Of a DNA stretch of 64,000 nt, positions 47,350 to 57,726 are shown piece by piece. The position numbers were made by a program, and so were the translations under genes. Under the pieces are notes generated by a model, which had not been told where the DNA came from, searched no databases, and saw nothing but the letters and a program-made list of their open reading frames with translations. Numbering within the stretch: the stretch's first letter is position 1; every line of letters begins with the position of its first letter. Origin of the DNA: Macrostomum lignano (taxonomy: Eukaryota); the NCBI GenBank assembly GCA_002269645.1, contig NIVC01000445.1, positions 248,001 through 312,000 of the forward strand. Reading direction: 5' to 3'.

Positions 47350-48612
47350 CACTACCCCCTCAGTGACAGATCCTCTGCTTGTCTACTCCCTCAGTGACAG
47401 ATCCTCTGCTTGTCTACTCCCTCAGTGACAGATCCTCTGCTTGTCTACCCCCTCAGTGACAGATCCTCTGCTTGTCTACCCCCTCAGTGACAGATCCTCT
47501 GCTTGTCTACCCCCTCAGTGACAGATCCTCTGCTTGTCTACTCCCTCAGTGACAGATCCTCTGCTTGTCTACTCCCTCAGTGAAAGATCCACTGCTTGTC
47601 TACTCCCTCAGTGACAGATCCTCTGCTTGTCTACCCCCTCAGTGACAGATCCTCTGCTTGTCTACCCCCTCAGTGACAGATCCCCTGCTTGTCTACTCCC
47701 TCAGTGACAGATCCCCTGCTTGTCTACTCCCTCAGTGACAGATCCCCTGCTTGTCTACTCCCTCAGTGACAGATCCCCTGCTTGTCTACTCCCTCAGTGA
47801 CAGATCCCCTGCTTGTCTACTCCCTCAGTGACAGATCCTCTGCTTGTCTACCCCCTCAGTGACAGATCCTCTGCTTGTCTACTCCCTCAGTGACAGATCC
47901 TCTGCTTGTCTACTCCCTCAGTGACAGATCCTCTGCTTGTCTACTCCCTCAGTGACAAATCCTCTGCTTGTCTACCCCCTCAGTGACAGATCCTCTGCTT
48001 GTCTACTCCCTCAGTGACAGATCCTCTGCTTGTCTACCCCCTCAGTGACAGATCCTCTGCTTGTCTACTCCCTCAGTGACAAATCCTCTGCTTGTCTACC
48101 CCCTCAGTGACAGATCCTCTGCTTGTCTACCCCCTCAGCGACAGATCCTCTGCTTGTCTACCCCCTCAGTGACAGATCCTCTGCTTGTCTACCCCTCAGT
48201 GACAGATCCTCTGCTTGTCTACCCCCTCAGTGACAGATCCTCTGCTTGTCTACTCCCTCAGTGACAGATCCTCTGCTTGTCTACCCCCTCAGTGACATCC
48301 CCTGCTTGTCTACCCCCTCAGTGACAGATCCTCTGCTTGTCTACCCCCTCAGTGACAGATCCTCTGCTTGTCTACCCCCTCAGTGACAGATCCTCTGCTT
48401 GTCTACCCCCTCAGTGACAGATCCTCTGCTTGTCTACCCCCTCAGTGACAGATCCCCTGCTTGTCTACCCCCTCAGTGACAGATCCTCTGCTTGTCTACC
48501 CCCTCAGTGACAGATCCTCTGCTTGTCTACCCCCTCAGTGACAGATCCTCTGCTTGTCTACTCCCTCAGTGACAGATCCTCTGCTTGTCTACTCCCTCAG
48601 TGACAGATCCTC
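47350..48612. repeat. 31-bp intronic minisatellite (CCCTCAGTGACAGATCCTCTGCTTGTCTAC[C/T]), about 40 copies
   Basis: Tandem periodicity. Confidence 0.95.
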
Positions 48613-48942
48613 TTCTCTCAGTTAAAAATTATAATCTTACATAAATAAAATACATATCACGTGTATTTTCACGAGCTAATTAGGAACAAAAACACCCGCA
48701 ATGCGCTACTCGAGTTAGTAGTTTGATAGAAATGCCATCAACAGGAATTTACGTTAAGGTTAGTGCGTCAATTATAAAACACTGTATAATTAACTGTTTT
48801 GTTTTGCTTGATGAAGCAAGCGAGAATTTCCTGTTCGTTAAATTTACGAGCTAGCAAAAGAAGTTTCTTAATTTCTCTGCCAATAACGCCTATGCGAGCT
48901 AGAAAAAATGTTATTAAGCCTACGGCGCTGCAACAGAGCCTA

Positions 48943-48956
48943 GTTACCATGGCAAC
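48943..48956. promoter_or_regulatory. Candidate RFX X-box GTTACCATGGCAAC
   Basis: Fits the GTNNCC-AT-GGNAAC consensus, inside the 20-bp near-palindrome CTAGTTACCATGGCAACTAG; motif match only. Confidence 0.3.
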
Positions 48957-49484
48957 TAGTTGAAAAATGTATCTAATTATTGACATGACAATTTGACAAA
49001 CTACTAAATAAAAAATTCAGCTTATTGCGCGCATCGCGTCAGCTACTTATAGTAGGCGATATGTGCAAAAATGGTGAATTTTTGCGAATGACAAATAGGC
49101 AGAAATGACGTGAATTAGAGGCTGGAAATTGGAAGTGTTTGATTGTCACAAAAAGTTGAGTGCAAACTGACTGCCGTTAATTAGCTGTCACAAATGGATA
49201 GGAACAATACCCTTTATTCATTTAAGAGTAAATAAAAGTAGTTAATAGTAATCAAAATAAAAACATGCTTTAAAATATGTTTATAGAATATTACGAGTGT
49301 GCTACTTGCAGTAGAACTAATAATATGGAAGAGATAAACTTTACTTATTGCAACAATTTTGATACCGTGTGAAATTGTTATAGAACTATTCTGGGGTAAT
49401 TCATGCAGCCAATTGCAGTATAATATATGTTCTTAAATATTTGGAAAGATATTACTAAAAACAAAAGGTATAATTTGTTAGGCG

Positions 49485-49682
49485 CCAAGTAAAACAGTGG
49501 GGCGCCAAAGAAAACAGTGGGGCGCCAAAGAAAACAGTGGGGCGCCAAACAAGACAGTGGGGCGCCAAATAAGACGCTGAGGCGCCAGACAGTAGAGCGC
49601 TAAAAAGGGCGATAGGGCGCCAATGAGGGCTCTGGGGCGTCAGGGAGAGCAGTGGGGCACCAAGGAGGACAGTGGGGCGCCA
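49485..49682. repeat. 20-bp degenerate tandem repeat (AAAACAGTGGGGCGCCAAAG)
   Basis: About 9 copies, decaying rightwards. Confidence 0.8.
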
Positions 49683-49754
49683 TCTAATCTGCTCATGCTC
49701 AATATATGAATGACTACACGAAAAATCAACATTATAAAATCCAGCCAAACTTAC

Positions 49755-49889
49755 CCATAAATAAAATATATACTGAAGCAGCACCCCTCTTGCGGCCATC
49801 AAGACGCCGACGTCATCGAGTTAGCAGCCGAGCCGAGGACTGCAGCCATGTGCGCGAAGCTGCGGCATCGTCATCTTCATCATCATCAT
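49755..49889 (-). CDS. GABBR2: GABBR2-like candidate symmetric (phase 1-1) exon containing an in-frame TGA at 49813-49815
   Basis: TTTCCAG acceptor, GG|GTAAGT donor, 135 nt; reads DDDDEDDDAAASRTWLQSSARLLTR*RRRLDGRKRGAASVYILFMG. Confidence 0.45.
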
Positions 49890-50269
49890 CTGGAAAGCGG
49901 TCGCACGCGCATACGCTAGATACTACTGATTGTTAGTAAGTTGTGAGAATTCCAGTATCATGACCAGGACTCCAGATACAGTTTACAACACAACACGAAA
50001 CTAACTATACAGTAAGTGTAATGACTGAAATAAGGAGTTCTAAACCAATCAAAATGAAGCAATATTTATGTATGTGATTTGCGCAACACCAGTTCTGAGG
50101 AAGTGATGGCTAACTGTGTTGCAGCTAAGGCGTTACTCATAAGGCTTGTAACTAGGTGCGAGTAAACAAACAACAGCGATTCTCCCTCTTAACTCCTGCC
50201 TCCTCTCACTCTCCCTCCCAAGATCGGGCGTTTCGCTCTCGGCTAGATCCTAAACCACTTTTTCTTTTT

Positions 50270-51110
50270 CTTTCACTCTCCTCGCTCCCTTCTGCTTAGC
50301 TCCTCTCTCTCTCTGCCTCGCTCCTCCCTCTTTGCCTCACTCCTCCCTCCCTCTCTGCCTCGCTCCTCCCTCCCTCTCTGCCTCGCTCCTCCCTCCCTCT
50401 CTGCCTCGCTCCTCCCTCCCTCTCTGCCTCGCTCCTCCCTCCCTCTCTGCCTCGCTCCTCCCTCCCTCTCTGCCTCGCTCCTCCCTCCCTCTCTGCCTCG
50501 CTCCTCCCTCCCTCTCTGCCTCGCTCCTCCCTCCCTCTCTGCCTCGCTCCTCTCTCCCTCTCTGCCTCGCTCCTCCCTCCCTCTCTGCCTCGCTCCTCTC
50601 TCCCTCTCTGCCTCGCTCCTCCATCCCTCTCTGCCTCGCTCCTCTCTCCCTCTCTGCCTCGCTCCTCCCTCCCTCTCTGCCTCGCTCCTCTCTCCCTCTC
50701 TGCCTCGCTCCTCTCTCCCTCTCTGCCTCGCTCCTCCCTCCCTCTCTGCCTCGCTCCTCCCTCCCTCTCTGCCTCGCTCCTCCCTCCCTCTCTGCCTCGC
50801 TCCTCTCTCCCTCTCTGCCTCGCTCCTCCCTCCCTCTCTGACTCGCTCCTCCCTCCCTCTCTGCCTCGCTCCTCCCTCCCTCTCTGCCTCGCTCCTCCCT
50901 CCCTCTCTGCCTCGCTCCTCTCTCCCTTTCTGCCTCGCTCCTCTCTCCCTCTCTGCCTCGCTCCTCTCTCCCTCTCTGCCTCGCTCCTCCCTCCCTCTCT
51001 GCCTCGCTCCTCCCTCCCTCTCTGCCTCGCTCCTCTCTCCCTCTCTGCCTCGCTCCTCCCTCCCTCTGTGTCTCGCTCCTCTCTCCCTCTCTGCCTCGCT
51101 CCTCACTTCC
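50270..51110. repeat. 23-bp near-polypyrimidine minisatellite (CCTCCCTCCCTCTCTGCCTCGCT), about 35 copies
   Basis: Tandem periodicity. Confidence 0.95.
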
Positions 51111-51384
51111 CTTCATCTCCTTTAATATTATCGTTAACATTGTCTCCCACTGTTTTAACAACGTTGTACGAGTTAATGCTTTGAAAATCGAATGTGGGTC
51201 AGATAAGATAGATTAATTAAAGACCACGGTTTGGTTAATTAATTGCCCTATGGCGAAGACACGACAACATTGAAAAAAGTAGTTGTGCTCAAATACATGT
51301 AGATGTGCTCAAATTATAACGACAGTTTATTCTTCAGAAATAAAGTGACCCGTAGAGTGATACGTACTATCTGTTTGTTTGCCT

Positions 51385-51790
51385 GCCTTAGTGTCTGTAT
51401 GAGAGTCTGTCTTAGTGATTGTTTTAGAGTCTGTCTTAGTGATTGTCTTAGAGTCTGTCTTAGTGATTGTTTTAGAGTCTGTCTTAGTGATTGTCTTAGA
51501 GTCTGTCTTAGTGATTGTTTTAGAGTCTGTCTTAGTCTCTGAAAGTCTGTCTCAGTGGTTGTCTTAGAGTCTGTCTACCCTTGTGTCTGTCTAATTGTCA
51601 TCTATCTTAGTGTTACTCCAAGTGTCAGTCTTAGTGTCGATCTTGATGTTGGCATTAGGGTTCTCCTGTCTGGTCTGTCTGTCTGTCTGTCTGTCTTAGT
51701 GTCTGTCTGTCTGTCTGTCTGTCTGTCAGAGTGTCTGTCTGTCTGTCTGTCTGTCTGTGCAGAGTGTCTGTCTGTCTGTCTGTCTGTCTG
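51385..51790. repeat. 24-bp repeat (TTAGAGTCTGTCTTAGTGATTGT[T/C]) grading into a (TCTG)n microsatellite
   Basis: Direct inspection. Confidence 0.85.
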
Positions 51791-51803
51791 TGTTTCCCAT
51801 TAC

Positions 51804-52039
51804 CATCATCGCTGATTGTGGAAGACAAATTGGCTGGTCTTGCAAATGAAACGATTCCTCCTCCTCCTCCGCCACTGCCGCCGCCGCCGCCGTCGTCCTC
51901 GCCGTCGCTGACGATGTCGGTCTCGCGCAGGCTGGCATGCACAGCGGGCAGTCGGGCCAGTCCCGGGTATGACGGAGTGCGCGCTGGCGGCGGCGGCTGC
52001 GGCTGCGGAGACGGCGACTCAGATAGCCGGGTCGGGGGC
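51804..52039 (-). CDS. GABBR2: GABBR2-like C-terminal tail exon (Pro/Gly/Asp-rich)
   Basis: Open phase 2-1 frame RPPTRLSESPSPQPQPPPP...SSTISDD with a GTAATG donor; the AAAG acceptor is weak. Confidence 0.45.
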
Positions 52040-52254
52040 CTTTCAGATCGGCGAAATCAAGGCCATTCATTTCGTTGGTTAAAACAAAAACCATCTTTCT
52101 TTTCAGTGCGGCCTTGTCATTCTTCCAAATTTCAACGGCACGTCGACCACGTGTCGGCATCATCTCCAACTTCTGTGACTGCTGGCCCTCACCCAGGCGG
52201 AGCTTATGGATTTTCAACAGGTTGATGCACCCCCTTTGATAGTTTTACTGTTAA

Positions 52255-52510
52255 TTCAGTGGTTGAGTCATTGAGCTACTCCTTAATTCAGTGGTTGAGT
52301 CATTGAGCTACTCCTTAATTCAGTGGTTGAGTCATTAAGCTACTCCTTAATTCAGTGGTTGAGTCATTAAGCTACTCATCAATTCATTGGTTGAGTCGTT
52401 GAGCTACTCATCAATTCAGTGGTTGAGTCATCGAGCTACTCATCAATTCAGTGGTTGAGTCATTAAGCTACTCATCAATTCAGTGGTTGAGTCATTGAGC
52501 TACTCATCTA
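52255..52510. repeat. 32-bp intronic repeat (AATTCAGTGGTTGAGTCATTGAGCTACTC[CTT/ATC]), about 8 copies
   Basis: Tandem periodicity. Confidence 0.9.
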
Positions 52511-52562
52511 CACGGCAAATTTGGCAAACCAATAAATCAAATTTATCAATATAATACATTAC

Positions 52563-52655
52563 CTGGGACTGTCTGCTAGAAGTCGATCTTGAATGTCAGC
52601 GATCTCCTGGTTGAACAACTCCTCGTCGCTGAAGTTGCAGCGTCGCTGCCTTGCA
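52563..52655 (-). CDS. GABBR2: GABBR2-like tail exon (ARQRRCNFSDEELFNQEIADIQDRLLADSP)
   Basis: CCCACAG acceptor, GTAATG donor, phase 2-2, open frame. Confidence 0.6.
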
Positions 52656-52745
52656 CTGTGGGACAGGAACGGAGAGGTTGGGTCATGGGATTCCGAACGT
52701 GGGTCATGGGTTTCGGAATCTAGTTAAACAGTTTGCTAAGCTCAC

Positions 52746-52860
52746 CTCTCGCCTTTCTGTCGGCGAATCCAGACTTCCAGCTCGGCGGCGGTGGGGCGGC
52801 CGTCGGCTCCGCCGTGCAGGAAGACCTCCGCGGTGCCGCTTTCGGGGCCGTCGAAATCTT
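52746..52860 (-). CDS. GABBR2: GABBR2-like tail exon (EDFDGPESGTAEVFLHGG...VWIRRQKGE)
   Basis: ATCAG acceptor, GTGAGC donor, phase 1-2, open frame. Confidence 0.62.
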
Positions 52861-52951
52861 CTGATGATAAGAATAGAAATGAGGCAAGCATGTGCAAATA
52901 GCACTACTGCCAATAGATTCAAGTAGGTTTTTAGCTAATTGTGAAATTTAC

Positions 52952-53051
52952 CCAATTTTCCAGCCGAAGTGGTCTTTCCTGTCTTCAAGCCGGACTTCTG
53001 GTCTGCTCTCAGCTGCAGCTCCTCTTCTAGCCTTCGCACTTCTGCCTGCTT
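52952..53051 (-). CDS. GABBR2: GABBR2-like coiled-coil exon (KQAEVRRLEEELQLRADQK...)
   Basis: TTGCAG acceptor, GTAAAT donor, heptad-like composition as expected for the GABA-B coiled coil. Confidence 0.7.
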
Positions 53052-53529
53052 CTGCAAGAATATTAGAGGAGAATATCTTCAACCTTTCGTTATACCTTTT
53101 TAATGCTAATCAAGTCTAAGTAATGATGGCCCGAAAGTTCAGCTTCAGATTTCTACTTATTCGCTAATTAAATGTTCAAAAAGTCAACTATTTTTTCAGT
53201 TTTAAACACGAAATAGTTCCCGATGCTCGTATTTTTGGTCTGAAAAATCTGACAGTCGTGAAGGCAGGCTTTTGAGCCATAAATTTATAGTTATGGCTCA
53301 AAATAAGATAAGCTTTTAAGACAACAATATGTTGATACGGTAGAGAATATAGATTGGGGTGCAATTTAGACGCTGACAGATTCGCTCGAACAGCAATTCG
53401 ACGCACTTCAATATCGTTCTGTCCTGGCCCTTCCTAGCAACCGACGTACGTACTGCCGACAGCTTTACCCTAGGCCGGGTCAACAAATTTACCTACCTGG
53501 AACTGGAACAAAGGATTCTTTGTACCTAC

Positions 53530-53697
53530 CGCCTCCAGCGTTCGCTTCAGCTGGTCCTTTTCCTCCGCGGCTTTGGCCAATCGCACTGTTGAGCAGCGTT
53601 CCGGCTCGATTTCATCCGCAGGCCGCTTAGACATTTTACGCAGGGTGGCTCGCACGCGTTTCTCCTCGCCGCGAGGGTCGCGTCGAAGTTCAATTAG
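53530..53697 (-). CDS. GABBR2: GABBR2-like exon after TM7 (LIELRRDPRGEEKRVRATLRKMSK...)
   Basis: Resembles the invertebrate GABA-B R2 juxtamembrane motif (LVEL..P....KRVRATLR); TAAG acceptor, GTAGGT donor, phase 0-0. Confidence 0.82.
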
Positions 53698-54738
53698 CTT
53701 AGAGGGGGAGGCGAGGAGGGGTAGAGGGACAGAGATAAGAAATCGCAGCCCGTTGATGGGGAGGGGTACAATTGTAGATGTACATGGAAAAGTATCGATC
53801 GCTTTTTCCTACCCTTAGCCGAGTGAGAGTGTACATCAGCCAGCGAGGCACGATGGGACGAGAGTCAATGTACTTATTCAATATCAACCAAGTTTAAATT
53901 GGTTTAAGGCTTTATCCAGTCGAAATTTTAAAAGAACTGGACTCTTGTAGCTCACCTCCGTTGACAGAAAACAACTGTGAAGAACTGTAACATTTTTCCT
54001 GTGAATATTTCTACACACTCGCAGAAATCTTGATACATGGAGGACCGATATCTCCATTGAGAACAAGCAGCACCATTTGTCAGTCTGTTGCATGTAAACA
54101 AGATGCAATTAGACTACTAACGGTACTTAAGTCGTCCTTGTAAATTACGTGCTATTTAGAATTGCTTATTTCAGAAACTATTAATTACATGTAGTTACCA
54201 AATTTTACAGAAAGGAATATGACAGACTTCATCTATCTGAGAGTGGCTGAGTTACCTTTAGTTTTAAAACTTGGCTAGGCTAGGACTAAATAAGTATGAG
54301 AAGTACAACGCGTACGCTAGAGTTAATTTTATGGACGCATTTTGAAGTTGCAGACAAACAGGACAGACAACTGGAGCTTTGTTGGTCGGTTTGCACCCGA
54401 GCCTCATCAAAGTTTCGGCCGACGCAAGCAGCTAGCAAAGCCTTGAGCAAGAAATTAATCTAACCAGCGGGGGGCGTCAGCGTGACGGCTAGGGAGGGGG
54501 GGGGGTGAGCAGCGCCGATAAGGACTCGCCCCGACAGACCATCGACTAATTCATTGAACAGCTTCTGTAATGAGTCGCTCGAGGGTTCATCTCTCCTTTC
54601 CTATCTTTCTCTGTCTGGCCTCTCGGGTCTCCGTTCCGCTGTAGGTAACTTAATTTCCATGTCTCCAGCTTCCTTCATGCAGGCTACCCGGATGCGCCGC
54701 AGACACTGATATGGCTTCACGTTCCCTACCCAGCTATA

Positions 54739-56079
54739 CTAGGGTCGTCAGAAAAGTTCTGTGTATTAGAGAATAGCTCAGCTCTATGAATAGCTGAAGA
54801 GTTGGGGTTTTAGCCATAGACATATACATATATAAAGAGTCGCTAGCTTCAGTTTTAGAGCACCATATCATTTCTAGCCAAAATAGCAGTAATTTTTCAA
54901 CCACACCCATGGCGCATTCCGTCCCGCGAGAGAGTTTTTCTAAACGCGACAATCGAGCGATCATCAAGTTTCATGTCCTTCAGGGGCGTTCAGCAACCGA
55001 GATTTTTGAAAAAATGCGGCAGACCATAGGAGACTTTTGCCCATCTTATGAGACGATTCGCCGCTGGGCTATTGCCATTCGCAACGGTAAAGAAGACCTC
55101 GACGACAAGCCACGCAGTGGACGACCAACGAGTGCTCGGACTGACAGCCTGGTGAGTCAGGTGGAGGCAGTCGTGCTGCAGGACCGGAGACTGACCACCA
55201 GGCAGCTGGCTGATGCCATAGGGGTGTCCCACGACTCAGTCCACAAGATCCTGACCGAGGACCTTGGGATGCGCAAGGTCTGTGCCAAGTGGGTGCCGCA
55301 TCTGCTCACTGACGATCAGCGGGCTCGGCGGGTCGCCATGTGCGCATCCAACCTGCAGCGGTGTCGGCGGGAGGGCATGGCGTTCCTGCAAAGGATCGTT
55401 GCCTGCGACGAAACATGGGCGCATTCTTGGGAGGCGGAGTTGAAGTGACAGAGTGCCACTTGGTGCAGGCCAGGTTCTCCGCGACCTCAAAAGGCCATCC
55501 GGAGCATCGGCCAGCTGAAGGTCATGCACGTGACTTTCTTCGACCGGGAGGGTCTGTTGTTCGATCAGCCTGTGCCAGTGGGGCAGACGGTCAATGGTTA
55601 TTTTTACCTGTCGGTTCTGGTGAAAGTTCGGCGTGCCATTCGGGACAAAAGGCCTGCACTTCACGCGGCTGGCCCGATTCTGCTTCACGACAACGCAGCC
55701 CCGCACCGAAAGCAAAGCGTGCTGGCTACGATCGAGTCGTGGGGGTGGGAAATTCTTCCGCATCCGCCTTATTCCCCGGACTTAAGTCCATGCGACTTTT
55801 TCCTCTTCCCTCGCATCAAGGAGTCGATGCGAGGCCAGCGTTTCAGCACAGAGGAAGACGTGAATCAGGCCTACAAGGCTGGCATTGCCGCCGTGACGAA
55901 CAATGGCATGACTACAGGCATTGACGGGCTGGTGCGGCGTTGGGAGAAGTGTATTGAAGCTGAGGGCTCATACTTTGAGTGAATAGATGTTAAGGAAGAC
56001 ATTTGTAACTTTTCATGTTTCTACTGTTTATCGTTCTCAAGTTATTACAATATACACAGAACTTTTCTGACAACCCTCG
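54739..56079 (+). mobile_element. Full-length mariner transposon (1341 bp), irritans-like, in a GABBR2 intron
   Basis: TA TSDs (54737-54738, 56080-56081); 28-bp TIRs with 2 mismatches (CTAGGGTCGTCAGAAAAGTTCTGTGTAT vs CGAGGGTTGTCAGAAAAGTTCTGTGTAT). Confidence 0.95.
54909..55982 (+). pseudogene. Mariner DD34D transposase with a single in-frame TGA (55446-55448)
   Basis: WVPHLL, CDETW, HDNAAPH and YSPDLSPCD with 34 residues between the second and third Asp; ORFs 54909-55448 and 55524-55982 are in the same frame. Confidence 0.92.
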
Positions 56080-56287
56080 TAGTTCTATAACAGCAGCGTC
56101 TGTCTCTGCTGTAGACGCTTGAGCAACTATATCTACCTTTAGTCTGCTATGAGCGATTATAATTCCTCTGATTTTTAGAGTTATATTAATTTTAAATTGA
56201 AAAGAATCCCAGACCGTGCTGAAAGTTAAGCTGAGTCGGAGTTGGTTAGTACGCCAACAATCAGGCTGCTTGCGTCGCCCATCAAAG

Positions 56288-56343
56288 CAGCCACCCAAGG
56301 ACCACTAGAAGTTCCAGGACTTCTAGTGGTCCTTGCAGCCACC
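56288..56343. mobile_element. 17-bp perfect inverted repeat with 6-nt spacer between 8-bp direct repeats (transposon footprint or minimal MITE)
   Basis: CAGCCACC|CAAGGACCACTAGAAGT-TCCAGG-ACTTCTAGTGGTCCTTG|CAGCCACC. Confidence 0.75.
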
Positions 56344-56509
56344 TTGGAAAACTAATCTGAGCTCCAGTTCAACCCTGCTGTGATTGGGTAGCAGCTCTGA
56401 GCACTGTACAAGCTCTATACACCCCCATATGCGCTGATAGCTGCACACCTGGCCACCTTGCAGCGGGTAATTTTATTTTCTAAGAAGTAGGAAAACTCTT
56501 CGAACAAAC

Positions 56510-56734
56510 CTTTGGGAAGAAGACCAGTGCCAGAGTGATTGTGGTGCAGAAGAAGATCAACAAAGACGTGATGATGAAAGACGCTGATTGGTTGTCCTTC
56601 AGTGCAAAACTGACCGCCGCTCCGGCCAAGCACATGACAAGCACATTGTAGACCGACATGCCGATGTACTTGCTGTCGTTCAGCGCCGGGATGCTCACGT
56701 TGCGAGTCTCCCAGGCGAAAAAGCAGCCAATTAT
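56510..56734 (-). CDS. GABBR2: GABA-B receptor 2-like exon, TM5 end to TM7
   Basis: [31 protein letters not shown]...[16 protein letters not shown], nearly identical to the GABBR2 signature; CAG/GT boundaries. Confidence 0.95.
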
Positions 56735-57104
56735 CTGCGCGGGTCATGATTGGCCAGTTAGTTCGTAGTGGGCTTCGGTGAGGAGGCAAGCCAGTTTTGC
56801 TGACCCTTGAGCACATGCGCTTACGTGTGGAAGAGTTTATTAACATTTAAGAACATTTAGGAGGAGTTTACAATTCAGTTCCTCTACTGTCTAGATCGCT
56901 TTGACCGAGATTGGGTCGAAGGTAAAAACAATTATTATTCTACTATTTTTACGTCTTACAAAGAACATTAGCCTGTGAAGAAATAAATATGATATATAAA
57001 TAAAAATAAATATACATATTCCTAAGAGGGTTGTGAACACTGGCGCAACGCCTTCAGGACATCGTCCCAGAGACAGTTCTGCCAAGTGCGCCAATACTGT
57101 ACGC

Positions 57105-57200
57105 GGGCACGCGCTCATACACACGCTCACACCGGGTGTACAGCGACCCTGACTTTCTAATCGTCAGGCATGTGCACCCTCTGTGCCTTTACTTAGTGCC
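57105..57200. repeat. Second copy of the SINE-associated hairpin domain
   Basis: Homologous to ~44595-44670; flanks do not align. Confidence 0.6.
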
Positions 57201-57726
57201 TGAGTCGGTCGCGTTACCGTTGAGCTGCTCTGCGCAGGTCAGGATAGTCAACTTTTTGATAATTGATTATATTTTAAATGTACATTCAGTCTAACGAAGT
57301 GTAGCTGAGTGAAGATTATTCAGCTTTGGAAAAAGGATTCTAAAAGCCAGTTTAACACAATATATCCCCGGCTGAAGGTCCTCGCCATTGTGTCTGACAA
57401 TTCAATTATATAGCTATTTACGCATACAAAACCGTAGCACAGGAAGGGCAAGATACTAACTGACCCCTCCGCTTTGTGCTTGAATAATGAATTGTAAACA
57501 CCATTCATACCTTTGAAGCTTATCAACTGCACTGAGATGTCTGCTGTTGATAGTGAATCCTTACTAGTGTGTCACTAGTCGCTTAGGAACTATTGATTCT
57601 ACAATGCCTTGGGGAAAAAAACTAGAGTCGGAAGCTCATAGTCATATCAGCAGGATAGAGTGATCAATCAATCAAAATCAACTCGTTTGCAGTATGAATA
57701 GAATAGCTGAAAAGAACACAGCTTAC

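Noticed and set aside
51726-52217. 163-aa minus-strand ORF as a single GABBR2 exon
   Set aside because: Its phase is incompatible with the upstream exon ending at 52563, and it runs into the microsatellite; a different frame (51804-52039) fits both neighbours.
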